Assembly: GCA_002633005.1 (NCBI GenBank) | Contig: NMRA01000413.1 | Coordinates: 51,251 to 115,250 of the forward strand | Source: Phoronis australis | Taxonomy: Eukaryota; Animalia; Phoronida | Length of the DNA stretch: 64,000 nucleotides | Direction of reading: 5' to 3' | Part shown: one piece after another, positions 12,301 to 22,728 of the stretch | How the letters are laid out: the number at the start of each line of letters is the position of its first letter | Position numbering within the stretch: the stretch's first letter is position 1 | Notes under the pieces: generated by a model | Databases searched by the model: none | What the model saw: the letters and a program-made list of their open reading frames with translations, nothing else | Told to the model about the DNA's origin: nothing | Translations under genes and position numbers: made by a program

Positions 12301-15015
12301 ATCAAACCGCTCTGCTTTTATTATGCGCCCACATATTTATATGTGGACGCGTTATTCCCTCATCTCCGTCCGTCCGGCGTCCGGCGTCCGCTACTCTATC
12401 TCCAAAACGCCTTAATGTATAATCATGAAATTTTCCACATGTGTTCCTTCTGTGAATGGGACGAATGAGCGAACTTTCGGACGGATCCTACTACCGGTGT
12501 GCCCCCCTAGTGGCAATTTTAGTTTTTTATGTTTACCTCTGTATCTTCAAAAGTCCTGAACAGATTTTCATAAAATTTGGTATATAGGCACCTATTAGGG
12601 AGATGACGCTATCCTCCCGTTTTCGTATGGATTTGACGCAGTTTGCGCCACCTAATGGCCATTTTTTTACTGTTTTCGGTTCTATTTCTTTACGTCCACC
12701 CTTCTACCAACCAAACCGCTCAAAGGATGATTGTGAAAATTGGCATGTATGTTCTTACTATAAAGTGGACGGCTGACGATGATTTTCCGACGACTTTGAC
12801 TACTGTGGTCTCCTAGTGGTAGTTTTGTTTTTTGCGCCAATGGCTGTATCGCCTAAACCATTCGTAGGATCTTTACTAAATTTAGTTGCCTAAGTGTATT
12901 GATATGATGTTTACAGCGGAGGACGACGACTTTCAGACGGGTCTGACTACTGGTGTGCCACCTAGTGGTAATTTCATTTTTTAAGTTTACCTCTGTATGT
13001 TCCAAGGTCTTCAACGTATTGTCATAAATTTTGGCATACAGGTATCTGTTAATAAGGTGACGCTATCTCTTCGTTTTCAGATGGATTCGACCTAGTTTGC
13101 GCCACCTAGTGGCCATTTTTACTGATTTCGAGTGTTTGTTTTTGGCGTCCACTCGTCTATCAACAAAACGGTTTTCAGGATAATTGTGGAAATTTGCATG
13201 TATGTGTTTACTATGAAGTGGACGGCTTACGACGATTTTCCGACTAGTTCAACTGCTGTGGCGCCTCCTAGTGGCAGTTTTGTTGTTTTTGCGCTCATGG
13301 CAGTATCTATCTACCGTTTGCAGGATCCTTACTTAATTTAGCAAGTGCATTTATATGATGTTGACAATGGACAACGACGACTTTCAGACGGATCTGACTT
13401 CTGGTGTGCCCCCTAGTGGCAATTTTAGTTTTTTATGTTTACCAGTCTGTATCTTCAAAGGTCCTCAACAGATTTTCATAAAATTTTGGTTATAGGCATC
13501 TATTGGTGAGATGACACTATCATCCTGTTTTTGGATGGAATTGAGGTATTTTGCGCCACCTGGTGGCCATTTTTGCTGTTTTCAAATCTTGTTTTTAACG
13601 TCCACCCCTCGATCAACCAAATAATTCTAGGGATGGTTTTGAGAATTGGCGTACATGTTTTCAGTGTGAAGAGGACATTTGATGACTACTGACTACTGTG
13701 GCGCCTCCTAGTGGTAGTTTTGTTTCGTTTTGTGCCCACAGCTGTATCTTCAAAACCCACTACAGGATCTTTATTGCATTTAGTAAGTGAATTTATATGA
13801 AGATAACAGACGACGACTCAGGGGATGGAACGGACGCTGTGCCCACTAGTGGTTATTTCATTTTGTTCTGTTTTCCTTTGTTTCTCTGAAGTCCCTTGAC
13901 AGATTTTTATGAAATATGGCATGTTCCAGTTTTTGGATGGATTGTACGTTTTTGCGCCTTCTAGTGGCCATTTTTATGATACAAAATACCCTTAAAGCAC
14001 ACCATTTGCGATACATTCGTGGGCGCGTTGCTCTTGTTTTATCTTAGGACATGTTTAGTTTTTAGAACTAAGCTTGTCATAAAGGGATGAGAGTCAACTG
14101 AAATCTGTCCCCTCAAGCCATCACTCGACGTCTTATCTGGTATTGACATTCTCGCGCTAAATTGCAGGCTGGGAAGAAAAAAAGCATTAAATGGTTCTGG
14201 TCTCATTTTCTCTTGAAAATCAAATCGGTTGACAGGTGCGGTATTTTTTATTTGCTTACTTGTTCGAAAGAAAAAAGTGAGACACCAAAAATGATTATAT
14301 TCTTTTTTACTGGTATTGTATCAAACCTTGCTTACGTGCCTGTGTGTAGTTTTTGACGGAAATCGATGCCTGTGGGCGTTTTTGTAATTGGTGAGTGCAG
14401 GTCTCAAAACGACTCTAAGGTAGAAATCAGAATCTACTATGCTTTATGGCCTTATGTAAGAACCGGAACCTAGATGGCACCAATTGATGAGGAGTGTGAA
14501 TACGTAGCTAAAAACCCGCTGATTTCAGTAAATGGCTGTCTGTATTTTTAGTTTTGAGGCTTTAAGTTCATTATCCATAGAGGGCTTCATTGCATTATAC
14601 ACATCTACTTCAATTGTCAGCGACGGTTAGTTGAGTTGTGAATTTTCTTTCGAGTTTTTACCTCAAATCTAGAGGTCAGTGCGAGCCTGGACTTCGAGGA
14701 AACTCATCTGCCTTAAACTAAAATAGAAAATTTTTAAAAAATCGGATTCAGTTCCATTTCGAGTACAAAGATTAGACCCCGGGCCCTGGTCTTGCCAGAT
14801 CCCATCTATTATTCCCAGTGCCGGACACTGGTTGCGTCATGCTACAGGTAGTAATTATTTTATTTTTTCAGATTTCACACTTCAAGATTCCAAAGTACAT
14901 TATGTTTGTCGAGGAGTACCCCATGACAGTCACCGGCAAAGTTCAGAAGTACATAATGCAGCAGGAGTCGGCGAAACTGCTTGGTCTTGATCACATAACG
15001 CCGCACATGTCGTAA
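263..15015 (+). CDS. ACSF2: Acyl-CoA synthetase family member 2-like (medium-chain acyl-CoA ligase), 3' part; join(263..370,974..1125,6295..6436,12051..12161,14872..15015); 5' exons lie upstream of the window
   Basis: Five GT-AG-bounded exons with compatible phases (0,2,0,0). They translate to [11 protein letters not shown]...[15 protein letters not shown]...WYHSGDIA...[20 protein letters not shown]...[17 protein letters not shown]...[10 protein letters not shown]...[10 protein letters not shown], the adenylate-forming enzyme motifs with ACSF2-typical YGTTENSPV and HFKIPKYI. Confidence 0.92.
974..1125 (+). CDS. ACSF2: ACSF2 internal exon ([32 protein letters not shown]...WYHSG)
   Basis: ttcAG acceptor at 972-973, GTGAGT donor at 1126, GELxxRG..MLGY motif. 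Confidence 0.94.
2040..3783. mobile_element. Putative hAT-like non-autonomous element nested in the 1798-3947 element
   Basis: Ends CCGGGATATA / TATATCCCTG; multiple subterminal (TA)CTCGCC / GGCGAG motifs at 2078-2120 and 3691-3766. No clean TSD seen. Confidence 0.5.
2231..3326. mobile_element. Putative Tc1/mariner/pogo-like MITE, innermost nested element
   Basis: CGTATTCGCTCTAATAAGCGCCC (2233-2255) vs GGGTGCTTATTAGGACGAATG (3303-3323), a degenerate inverted pair; an extra GGGCGCTTATT at about 3270. Confidence 0.55.
6295..6436 (+). CDS. ACSF2: ACSF2 internal exon ([47 protein letters not shown])
   Basis: ccAG acceptor, GT donor at 6437, [16 protein letters not shown] motif, phase matches the previous exon. 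Confidence 0.95.
6476..6816. mobile_element. Short MITE
   Basis: Perfect 15-bp inverted repeat TTCTCCAGTTTGAGA (6487-6501) / TCTCAAACTGGAGAA (6791-6805); internal AATTTGGGAC subrepeats. Confidence 0.65.
6823..7928 (+). mobile_element. Non-autonomous element with a large 5' fold-back (possibly Crypton-like; class inferred)
   Basis: Hairpin 6834-6979 centred on GGGCGAAGCCC; 28-bp palindrome at 7825-7852; distal AGGATAAAT (7920-7928) is complementary to ATTTATCCT (6974-6982). Confidence 0.55.
7945..8400 (+). repeat. Diverged relative of the 58924-60022 element
   Basis: TGCGCATGCGC at 7971 followed about 96 bp later by TTGCCGATAG repeated with a 204-bp period (8067, 8271). The same layout occurs at 58950/59048/59252. 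Confidence 0.55.
10063..11596 (+). mobile_element. HINE-type element, copy 2, with a foreign insert at about 10381-10652
   Basis: Same 5' end (ATGCGCCTACATATTTATATGTGGACGCAT), longer (TCCG/TCTG)n, central monomers, and 3' end GTGGGCGC..CAATGCTCAGCGTTGCTCTTGTT. Confidence 0.82.
10381..10652 (-). mobile_element. Probable 3' tail of a 5'-truncated LINE inserted in HINE copy 2
   Basis: Absent from copies 1 and 3. The minus strand is T-rich with AATAAA (10407-10412) followed by a degenerate (TTGAA)n tail. Confidence 0.45.
12051..12161 (+). CDS. ACSF2: ACSF2 internal exon ([37 protein letters not shown])
   Basis: tcAG acceptor, GTTAGT donor at 12162, VxGVPDxxxGE motif. Confidence 0.94.
12321..14037 (+). 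mobile_element. HINE-type element, copy 3 (uninterrupted, one extra ~454-bp higher-order unit, 3' hairpin partly deleted)
   Basis: Same termini; equivalent motifs recur at 12645, 13099 and 13553 (period 454). Confidence 0.85.
14600..14786 (+). mobile_element. Fragment of the Harbinger-like MITE family of 27345-27745
   Basis: Ends TTTCGAGTACAAAGATTAGACCCCGGGCC, matching 27717-27745. Confidence 0.6.
14872..15015 (+). CDS. ACSF2: ACSF2 last coding exon ([47 protein letters not shown])
   Basis: Polypyrimidine + cAG acceptor, catalytic A10 lysine in PxTxTGKxxK, TAA at 15013-15015. Confidence 0.94.
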   Translation: MSHFKIPKYIMFVEEYPMTVTGKVQKYIMQQESAKLLGLDHITPHMS

Positions 15016-16562
15016 TAACCCCCCTATGTATTGTTGGCTCGATGTCCTACATGACATAGCATAGACACAGTTTAGCTTATTTGACGCGGAAAGATTATCT
15101 GTAACGGAAAGTGCATTAACATCTTGTACCATGAGAATTAAGAATTGTTCATGGGGTTCAAAAGCTAAACCGAGAGGAAGTATTTCTTAACTTTTGTTTA
15201 ACGTTGCCCATGTTACGAGAAAAATGCTTTGTCTCTCCAACCACCTGCTGTTTTGGTCTTACACTCTACATGTTGTAAAGCCACGCTAAACGTTGGAATT
15301 TACAATTAAATCTGCTATAAACACACGTTCAGTCCTCGAAGCAAATTATTTATCTAGAGGTCTGTAACATTGGTGTCATTCGACTTGTTCTTTACTCCGA
15401 TGAGATGTGATTCAGTCTGGGTTTGCAAAGAATTGAAAGTTTGTTGTTCCTTGAGACCATGTTTCTCGCATATAATAACACAGCTCCTGCAATAGGAAAA
15501 TCACAGTTTGACTAAAGGAACAATTGTAAGTCAATATCATAACCACAAGTGGTCTCAATCAAAAGTTGTTTTTTTATGGAAGGTGGGTGTAGATCTGCTT
15601 CAAAACTCGCAACATTACCTGCACCATAACTTACAAATAATAGTTTGTGAATCTCAATTATACTTGTTTTTGATCTTTGAAAGAAGTCCTAACTGGTGAG
15701 ATGCAGTAGGTGTAAATCAGACTGATGACGTCGGCAAAAGTGAGGCGTGCGTTCTTCAGTGAAACAGGCTCAACTTCTAGTATAACTTTTCCATACGTTT
15801 TTTAGGCCTGTAATTATAGTAAAAGATTATTTTCCGTAGAATGAATAGGTCACAGACGTTCACGAGATTGTAGATCTGGTGCGCCATCAATAGTTGTAAA
15901 GAGAAGAACGGCTGATGACGAAATGGAAACTGCCGGCTGTTGTGAGTGTTTACGAGTACCCCCCAACACAAATACTTAATTGTCTATGACTGCCGTCTTG
16001 TCAGTGTATTATTCTTGGGTGTCTCTCTTGAAAGTCTTAGGCAAGTTTAAATGTGCATAAATGGTCCTGGTTGACTCGTTTGGACTCACCGACTAAAAAG
16101 AAAAACGCTCACCCGCGCCAATTTTAGGAAATGTCTGGTGAGGGAACTGTTACTTCCGTAGGATACCAAATCTGGTTTTGGCCTATTAACAGAGACTAAA
16201 AACAAGTAATGACTTTTCCATCCAGTCCTGTGAAACAAAATAATTCTCTGAAATTTTCGACATTTCCTCAAAAGTTTGGAGAAAAATTCAAAAAAACTTT
16301 CAAAGTCTGCTATAAGGGCAAACATAACCTATGCTTTTAGCAAATTTTACGGTAATTTTGGGAAAAGAACGCCCACCAAGGACCACAATGTCCAACCTGT
16401 GACATAGTAGGGAGCAGGACTTTCTAATTGATTCCTGCCTATTTCTTGAAAGAATGACGCCAATGATGCATTAGCAGGTGACTGAACGAGGCTTGGTGGA
16501 AATCGTCAATACAGGTTTAGAAGGCTGTTTTGACGGTCTTTTTAAGAGTATCTATATCTATA

Positions 16563-17130
16563 TTTCTCTCTCCCTCTCCCTCCTCCCCCCCTCTCTCCTC
16601 TCCCCTCTAATCTCTNNNNNNNNNNNNNNNNNNNNNNNNNNNNNNNNNNNNNNNNNNNNNNNNNNNNNNNNNNNNNNNNNNNNNNNNNNNNNNNNNNNNN
16701 NNNNNNNNNNNNNNNNNNNNNNNNNNNNNNNNNNNNNNNNNNNNNNNNNNNNNNNNNNNNNNNNNNNNNNNNNNNNNNNNNNNNNNNNNNNNNNNNNNNN
16801 NNNNNNNNNNNNNNNNNNNNNNNNNNNNNNNNNNNNNNNNNNNNNNNNNNNNNNNNNNNNNNNNNNNNNNNNNNNNNNNNNNNNNNNNNNNNNNNNNNNN
16901 NNNNNNNNNNNNNNNNNNNNNNNNNNNNNNNNNNNNNNNNNNNNNNNNNNNNNNNNNNNNNNNNNNNNNNNNNNNNNNNNNNNNNNNNNNNNNNNNNNNN
17001 NNNNNNNNNNNNNNNNNNNNNNNNNNNNNNNNNNNNNNNNNNNNNNNNNNNNNNNNNNNNNNNNNNNNNNNNNNNNNNNNNNNNNNNNNNNNNNNNNNCC
17101 TCTCTCCCTCCCTCACACTCCTCTCTCTAC
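16563..17130. repeat. CT-rich low-complexity tract spanning an assembly gap (N 16616-17098)
   Basis: Polypyrimidine ctctcc on both sides of the N run. Confidence 0.9.
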
Positions 17131-17786
17131 ACATATACTAAAAACGAGCAATAATACACCAAATCGCCCTAAAGCTACCCTTCGCATGCGATTACAATGA
17201 ACTGAGGGACGTTGGATTCGGACTGTCGAAATTCTTCGCATAAAATCAGGTGATTGGTGAGTGGTGACCAGTCATACTCCAAAAATTATGAAAGACATCT
17301 TTCCTCATTGCTTACCCATAGTTTTAGCTTACAGTCAGTTGCAAGTAGTAAAGATTTACGAAAAGCCACGTCTTAATAAAAAGTTCACTGTAGGTCAAGG
17401 GGTCAATAACAAGCAGTTCTTCGATCAGAAAATACTCAAAAGTCTAGCACATGCCGTTAATAGCCTTCACACGCACAAAACTCTGAATGTCCATCCAACC
17501 CAACAGGTGTCAATTCAACCGTCGGGAGGTAAATGAAACCGTGGCTAAAAATATTATTGTATGCCACTTACGATGCCTGGCCCTGTGTGATATCGCGCCA
17601 CGCAGATCAGTATCTGTTCGAGTAAAAATGATAAAAAGTTCCTGCCCTGTGCGACGTCACAGGATATGAATGCTGGGCCAAGTTCAATAACCGTCTCACG
17701 GAGAGAAAAATCTAGCCAAACTCACGTGCTCTCAATGCAAATACACGGCGATATCTAACGGAATCTGACGAGATTTGCTTTTCTAG

Positions 17787-18073
17787 CATAGGCGGATTTA
17801 GGGGGGGGGGGCCTTGGCTGGCTGCCGCAATCAAAATGGAACAGCAACAGCGTGAAGCGTGAGGAAATAGGACCGGTAGCAGAGAAAGGGGGCTCAGATC
17901 GCGGCGTTCCGTTTTGTTTTTAGTCCACTCACTGGTAGATTTCCTGGACAGAAGATTCACATGCCCGGCCCGACATCTTTTGTGCCTGCGCTGCATATAC
18001 AATCGCGCTTTGCCCACTTCCCCGAGACAACATCTTGGGCCTCCCCCCTTATGGTATTCTAGATCCGCCACTG
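17787..18073 (+). mobile_element. MITE with 5-bp TSD (TCTAG), hAT5-like by inference
   Basis: Termini CATAGGCGGATTTAG / CTAGATCCGCCACTG; TCTAG immediately on both sides. Confidence 0.85.
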
Positions 18074-20005
18074 TCTAGAGATACTAGCATTATTGAATTC
18101 GACCCCGGCTACTGGGATGAGTATACTGTCCTCTGCATTATTATCTGTTCTCTCGTGCCGTTGAAAGTTTTGTTTTTTGTCAACTCATCACAAAGTGGCG
18201 CTGCCTAAGTCAACAAAAAGTGAGTTTTCTTTTTTTACTTTCCGACGTCATCAACTTCAAACTTCCATTCGATTTTTTTGCATTTTTTACAATGGAAACA
18301 ACCTGGCGGAAAGAAATGTCTGGAAGTGAGCTACAAACCCGCGTTTTGTCCAAGAAGAATTGGTCACAGCTTTTTGGAAAGTGATTCCTGGGTTTGCAAG
18401 AAGCGACGCATATACAACAACACAACATGACCAGCCGACTTGAGGAGCCAGACCTCAAGCAGTTCTTTGGAAGCCCCGAAACCTCCTACAAGGAACATTT
18501 TGACCAATTTCTCAAGGCTAAGTGATTTAAAACAAACGCTGTTTTTGTGATGGAAGGCGGGTCTGTATTACCGCGTATTTATTTGCTTGGTCATGTGTAT
18601 ATCGTGCGTCAATACAACTGTGTTTATTTAAAAGGCTACAGACACCATGACAATCATCGATTACACGTTGCGTCATTTTGTTCACTAGTTCAGTTTAAAC
18701 TGGTTCTTATCGGTTTGACCAAGACACGACCAGTTCACTGACAACACCAACACAGCCTTCCAAGGCGTTGTAGTGGTGAGCCGCCTATTGCAACCAAGGG
18801 AAACGGGGAACACCACCGCTGTTAGTTGAGAGGGTATCATGTCGAAGATCACCTTTATTATTCTTGAACGGGAATACGATTGGCAATCGGCAATGAAGAA
18901 ATTAAAACCCCAATCGCGCCAATCAGACCGTGGAGAGCATTTTTGGTTCCCAGCAGCAAAAACAAGTCGAAATGGGAAGTAGGCCTATTGATAGTTATGG
19001 TGCAGTTTTCATTGATGTTGAAGTCTCGATAAGTGCGCAGTGTCTTTTGGGTTGATCACGATGTGATCTTGCAGTTTTCTCAGGAAAACATCACATTTCG
19101 CATTGTTGTTATCACGGGTTCAGCCCGAGTTTAAGAGTTCAAACTGGCGTAAGCCAATGAATTGCCTTGAAGCTATCACCAGCAGAACATGTAGTTGATT
19201 TCATGTAAACAAAAGCGGAATTTTAAGTCTTAGTTCACCTGGTATTTTTGACCACACCAACACCACAATAATATTCAACTATTACATAACGGGAAGCTGT
19301 CCAAAGTGACCCAATCGGTGAATCATGCATAGAATGGGCAAAGGTTAAAAGAATAACACGAATTTATCCCTCCGACATGTTTTTACTTCTGATAGTCATT
19401 CCGTCCATTTGATTGACAGTGAATTTTACTAAACGTTTACGTCTGGAATAGATAATCTCCCACTTTCCTTGCAACGGACAAATTAAAACTCTGAAAATCT
19501 GTCATAAAGTATCTCGCGAACAGCAAAATATTTTATCATGTTATTGTTGAAGTTCGCGCCTGCAACTGAACACATGTCCTTTGATTCTGACGTGCCAGAT
19601 CAAGTAAGGTGTAGTCGACCTCTTATCAAAATCCTGAACTACCTCACAGTGGGATTGTGTGCAACAACACTTATTCAGGCGATATTTCGCCACTGCATGC
19701 TTTATAAACACCAAATCGAAACACTGTTTATTTACACTGAGTTTAATTAAACAGGATTTTAGGAGTTTTGATATTTAGACGTACAGATTTATGTTGCGTG
19801 ACGACTAAAACGAATTAAGTAACGTAAAATATTCAGAGAATAGGTAGATCAAATTAAGTGCGAGAAAAGGGATTTCCTGAGATCAGCCTCGGTGGTGAAT
19901 CGAACATGGAATCTTCGAGGTACCCGACAAGAGCGCTCTGCTATTAGTACTCGATAATTAGCTGGGCATTCTAAGCGAATTTAACACGTTAAAGAGTGGT
20001 AAGTC

Positions 20006-20190
20006 ATCTGCCTTGATTCCAGCAAATGACTGGCTGCGGGCAACGGCGAGAATTGCCGATTTGTAATAAAATCACAAAAACGCAACGAATGTTGTTGTTT
20101 TGTAACTCTGGTCAAAGTTAACAACTTCAAGGAATCTATTCCGTCCTACAACCAAAACTCGTTTGTTTTTCGGCCGTAAAATCCGATAAT
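20006..20190 (+). repeat. Interspersed repeat, copy A (paralog at 30111-30300); part of a larger old DNA element
   Basis: Shared blocks ATCTGCCTTGATT, CGATTTGTAATAAAATCACAA, TGGTCAA..TAACAACTTCAAG. Confidence 0.7.
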
Positions 20191-20498
20191 GTCTCTTTAA
20201 AATCAATCAAAATTAAGCATGCCGTCAACTTCTGGGAGACGGGAGAGAAAAGCAAACCCACTCGGCTGTCCTTCTGATCAAGCGCCGTTTCATTTTTTTC
20301 ATAAAACTTTTTGTAACCCCTCATAAAAAGTGGATCATTGTAAAAACAATCCCTAGAGCGTCTAGTGAGTAAAACATAGTATCTGACAATTTCAAATAAA
20401 TCTGATCAACCGTTTCTGAGATACGATGTTCCGAAGCATTTGGCCAAATTTGAACATTTTGTCTGAGATTTTGAAGAAAGATTACTTGGTATTTAGTT

Positions 20499-21352
20499 CA
20501 TAGGCGGATTTAGGGGGGGGGCCCAGGGGGCCCGGGCCCCCCCCCCCNNNNNNNNNNNNNNNNNNNNNNNNNNNNNNNNNNNNNNNNNNNNNNNNNNNNN
20601 NNNNNNNNNNNNNNNNNNNNNNNNNNNNNNNNNNNNNNNNNNNNNNNNNNNNNNNNNNNNNNNNNNNNNNNNNNNATTTTTTAAAGAAAATGGAACCTGA
20701 GTGGCGATGAAAAAACAGAAGCTGCTGGTAAGATGTGAATTTTAATCGAAGCCTTAGTGAATCACTCAGGAACTCGCAATACTCTCTTTGTCAAACCTTA
20801 TCTTAAGACGGTTTCCAAAGCAATCCCGTCATTATTGCCAACACGAAAAATGGATTTGGTCTTTTGGGCATTTGAAGACTATTTCAAATACGACAAATTT
20901 GTTAAGAATTGATGGCACAAAATATAAAACATGTAATAAGCATTACAAAAAGAAGTAGGTTACGCGCGCAAACGCTGTGGCCCATAAACAAGTAAGTCTT
21001 TTAGTATGGAGGTTGTAGTTTAAGCGTGGTGGTGTAGTGGTAACGTACGCGCGCTCAACCCGCTCTGTCGTGAGTTCGAGTCTTGATAATAGCATTTTTT
21101 TCCTGTTTGATACGTTCTCCGTGTTTTTCTTGCCTTTTTTTCTTGAATAATACTTCAGAAATCAAGGAAAATGCTTGATTTTTAGAGGTAAAAACAGAAA
21201 AATTTTCTGGGCGGGAGGGGGGCAAACCCCCCTCCCGACCTCCCCCCATTCGGTGCTATGCGCATCTACAATCGTGGTTCAGTTTGCGCAAATGCTTCCA
21301 GCCGGACAAAATGTTGGGCCCCCCCCCTAGTGATATCCTAGATCCGCCACTG
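20499..21352 (+). mobile_element. MITE with 5-bp TSD (TAGTT), same termini as 17787-18073; contains gap N 20548-20675
   Basis: CATAGGCGGATTTAG ... CTAGATCCGCCACTG with TAGTT on both flanks. Confidence 0.85.
21024..21101 (+). ncRNA. tRNA-derived Pol III-like unit (pseudo-tRNA or SINE head) inside the MITE
   Basis: A box TGGTGTAGTGG (21030-21040), B box GAGTTCGAGTC (21072-21082), T7 at 21095-21101. The acceptor stem does not pair, so it is not a functional tRNA. Confidence 0.5.
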
Positions 21353-21671
21353 TAGTTATAGCAGACACCCGGTGCAGGGTAGATATCCCAAACATGCCGT
21401 TCACCCTCGTCTGAAATTGGGCCGACTGCTGGACCTTCATGGCCATGTCATTGACCTGTATTATGAACTTTTAGCATCATCAATATACTATGAAAGACAA
21501 TCCTCTCATACCGGCCTAACATGTACACAATGGTTGGTTAATCAGTTTAACATTGGTTCCAATAGCACAGTTGTTAAGCCACAAAACACATTGGCTCTGG
21601 TCAGTGTTTTTTTTTTTGTGAAGTGATGCGGTGATCTGGCATTGTTGGTCATTCTTCAACAAAAAAGAGAA

Positions 21672-22021
21672 GAGCTCGAGATCGAACCCGAAATTATTTT
21701 TGCATTCTCTACTTTTGTGCGCACTGAAGACATGTCTAATATTCTGAGCTCAAGTACACATGGTCTTGAAGGCTCCTAGAATCGAGCTACAAACCCGACT
21801 ACTAAAAACTCGAGGTTTCGAATAAAAATTCAAAGTTTCCAAGTCGGACTCAAAATTTAAACCTTAATGCTGGGTTATTAATGCAAACTAGGGTTAGGCA
21901 AAATCCATGCAAGTCATTGTGTACTCGAGCACAAAATAACAGACTTTTATCTTTAGTTCGCACAAATGTAAAACAGAAAATGCCAAACATAATTTCGAGT
22001 GGAAAGATGAGACCCCGGGCC
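21672..22021 (-). mobile_element. Diverged inverted copy of the Harbinger-like MITE of 27345-27745
   Basis: The reverse complement aligns by eye (TGTGTACTCGAGCA, AAAATGCCAAAC, GAGACCCCGGGCC); the ORF track also shows similar pseudo-peptides (DKSLLFCARVHNDL vs DKCLLFYARVHNNL). Confidence 0.75.
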
Positions 22022-22728
22022 CTCATATCAGCTAACGTGGTACGGAATGACTTTTTGAAATAATCATCTGGTATCAGATAAAGCAGTGCCACCGTATGTT
22101 GCTTTACTCAGACAGCTGAATTAGCTTGGACAGTGGTGCAGTGAATGCAATTCGATACCATCGAACGTTAGCATGCCACAGCCAGAATAGAAATAACACA
22201 GGCCTACTACTTGTTACTTCTTCCTTATATTAGTATGAAGAGGGTTTGCAATAATCTTTTCCACTTTCAAGAAACAAAGCTCGTTTCTCAAGTATTATGC
22301 AAAACGTGGAGTGTATACTCCGGTAACGAACACCGGGCGCAGACCACGGGTCTGTTTCGGGAAAAGGACGTCAGACTCAAGATAGAAATTTAGTCTTGCT
22401 AAAACTCCGTTTTGCCGAATAATTATGAGCCCATGAGTCTACTAGAAGTGATTTATAGAATTTATCTCAGTGACTATCAGTTCAGAGATTGCACTTTTGC
22501 TTATACAAGTGAGGTTTGTCATTTATTTTTTAGATTGTATTTGTGTGGAGCGTAACACAAGTCAATTTTCATAAATCAATATTTAGCCTTCTCATGAATT
22601 TTCTTCACCGCCCTGTGCTAAATTTCACGTGATCACGTGCTTTTCTTGTAATGCATGGCGATACAGGTGTATGTCGCGAAGTCTTGCCCTATTTTCTCAT
22701 GCGAGATTCTTGCGCCCAGTACGGAACG

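Noticed and set aside
1332-12468. Recurring ORFs with [16 protein letters not shown] / [10 protein letters not shown] (1332, 9920, 10017, 12244) that look like a small gene family
   Set aside because: They are translations of the HINE 5' end and (TCCG)n microsatellite; frames differ between copies and there is no splice or protein-family support.
1545-13970. Regularly spaced CCTAGTGG repeats as a CRISPR-like array
   Set aside because: The intervening sequences are homologous monomers rather than unique spacers; the context is eukaryotic and no cas genes are present.
16478-17200. Long ORFs of 175-240 aa
   Set aside because: Artefacts of reading through N runs.
21024-21094. Functional tRNA gene
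   Set aside because: The acceptor and anticodon stems do not pair; kept only as a tRNA-derived unit.
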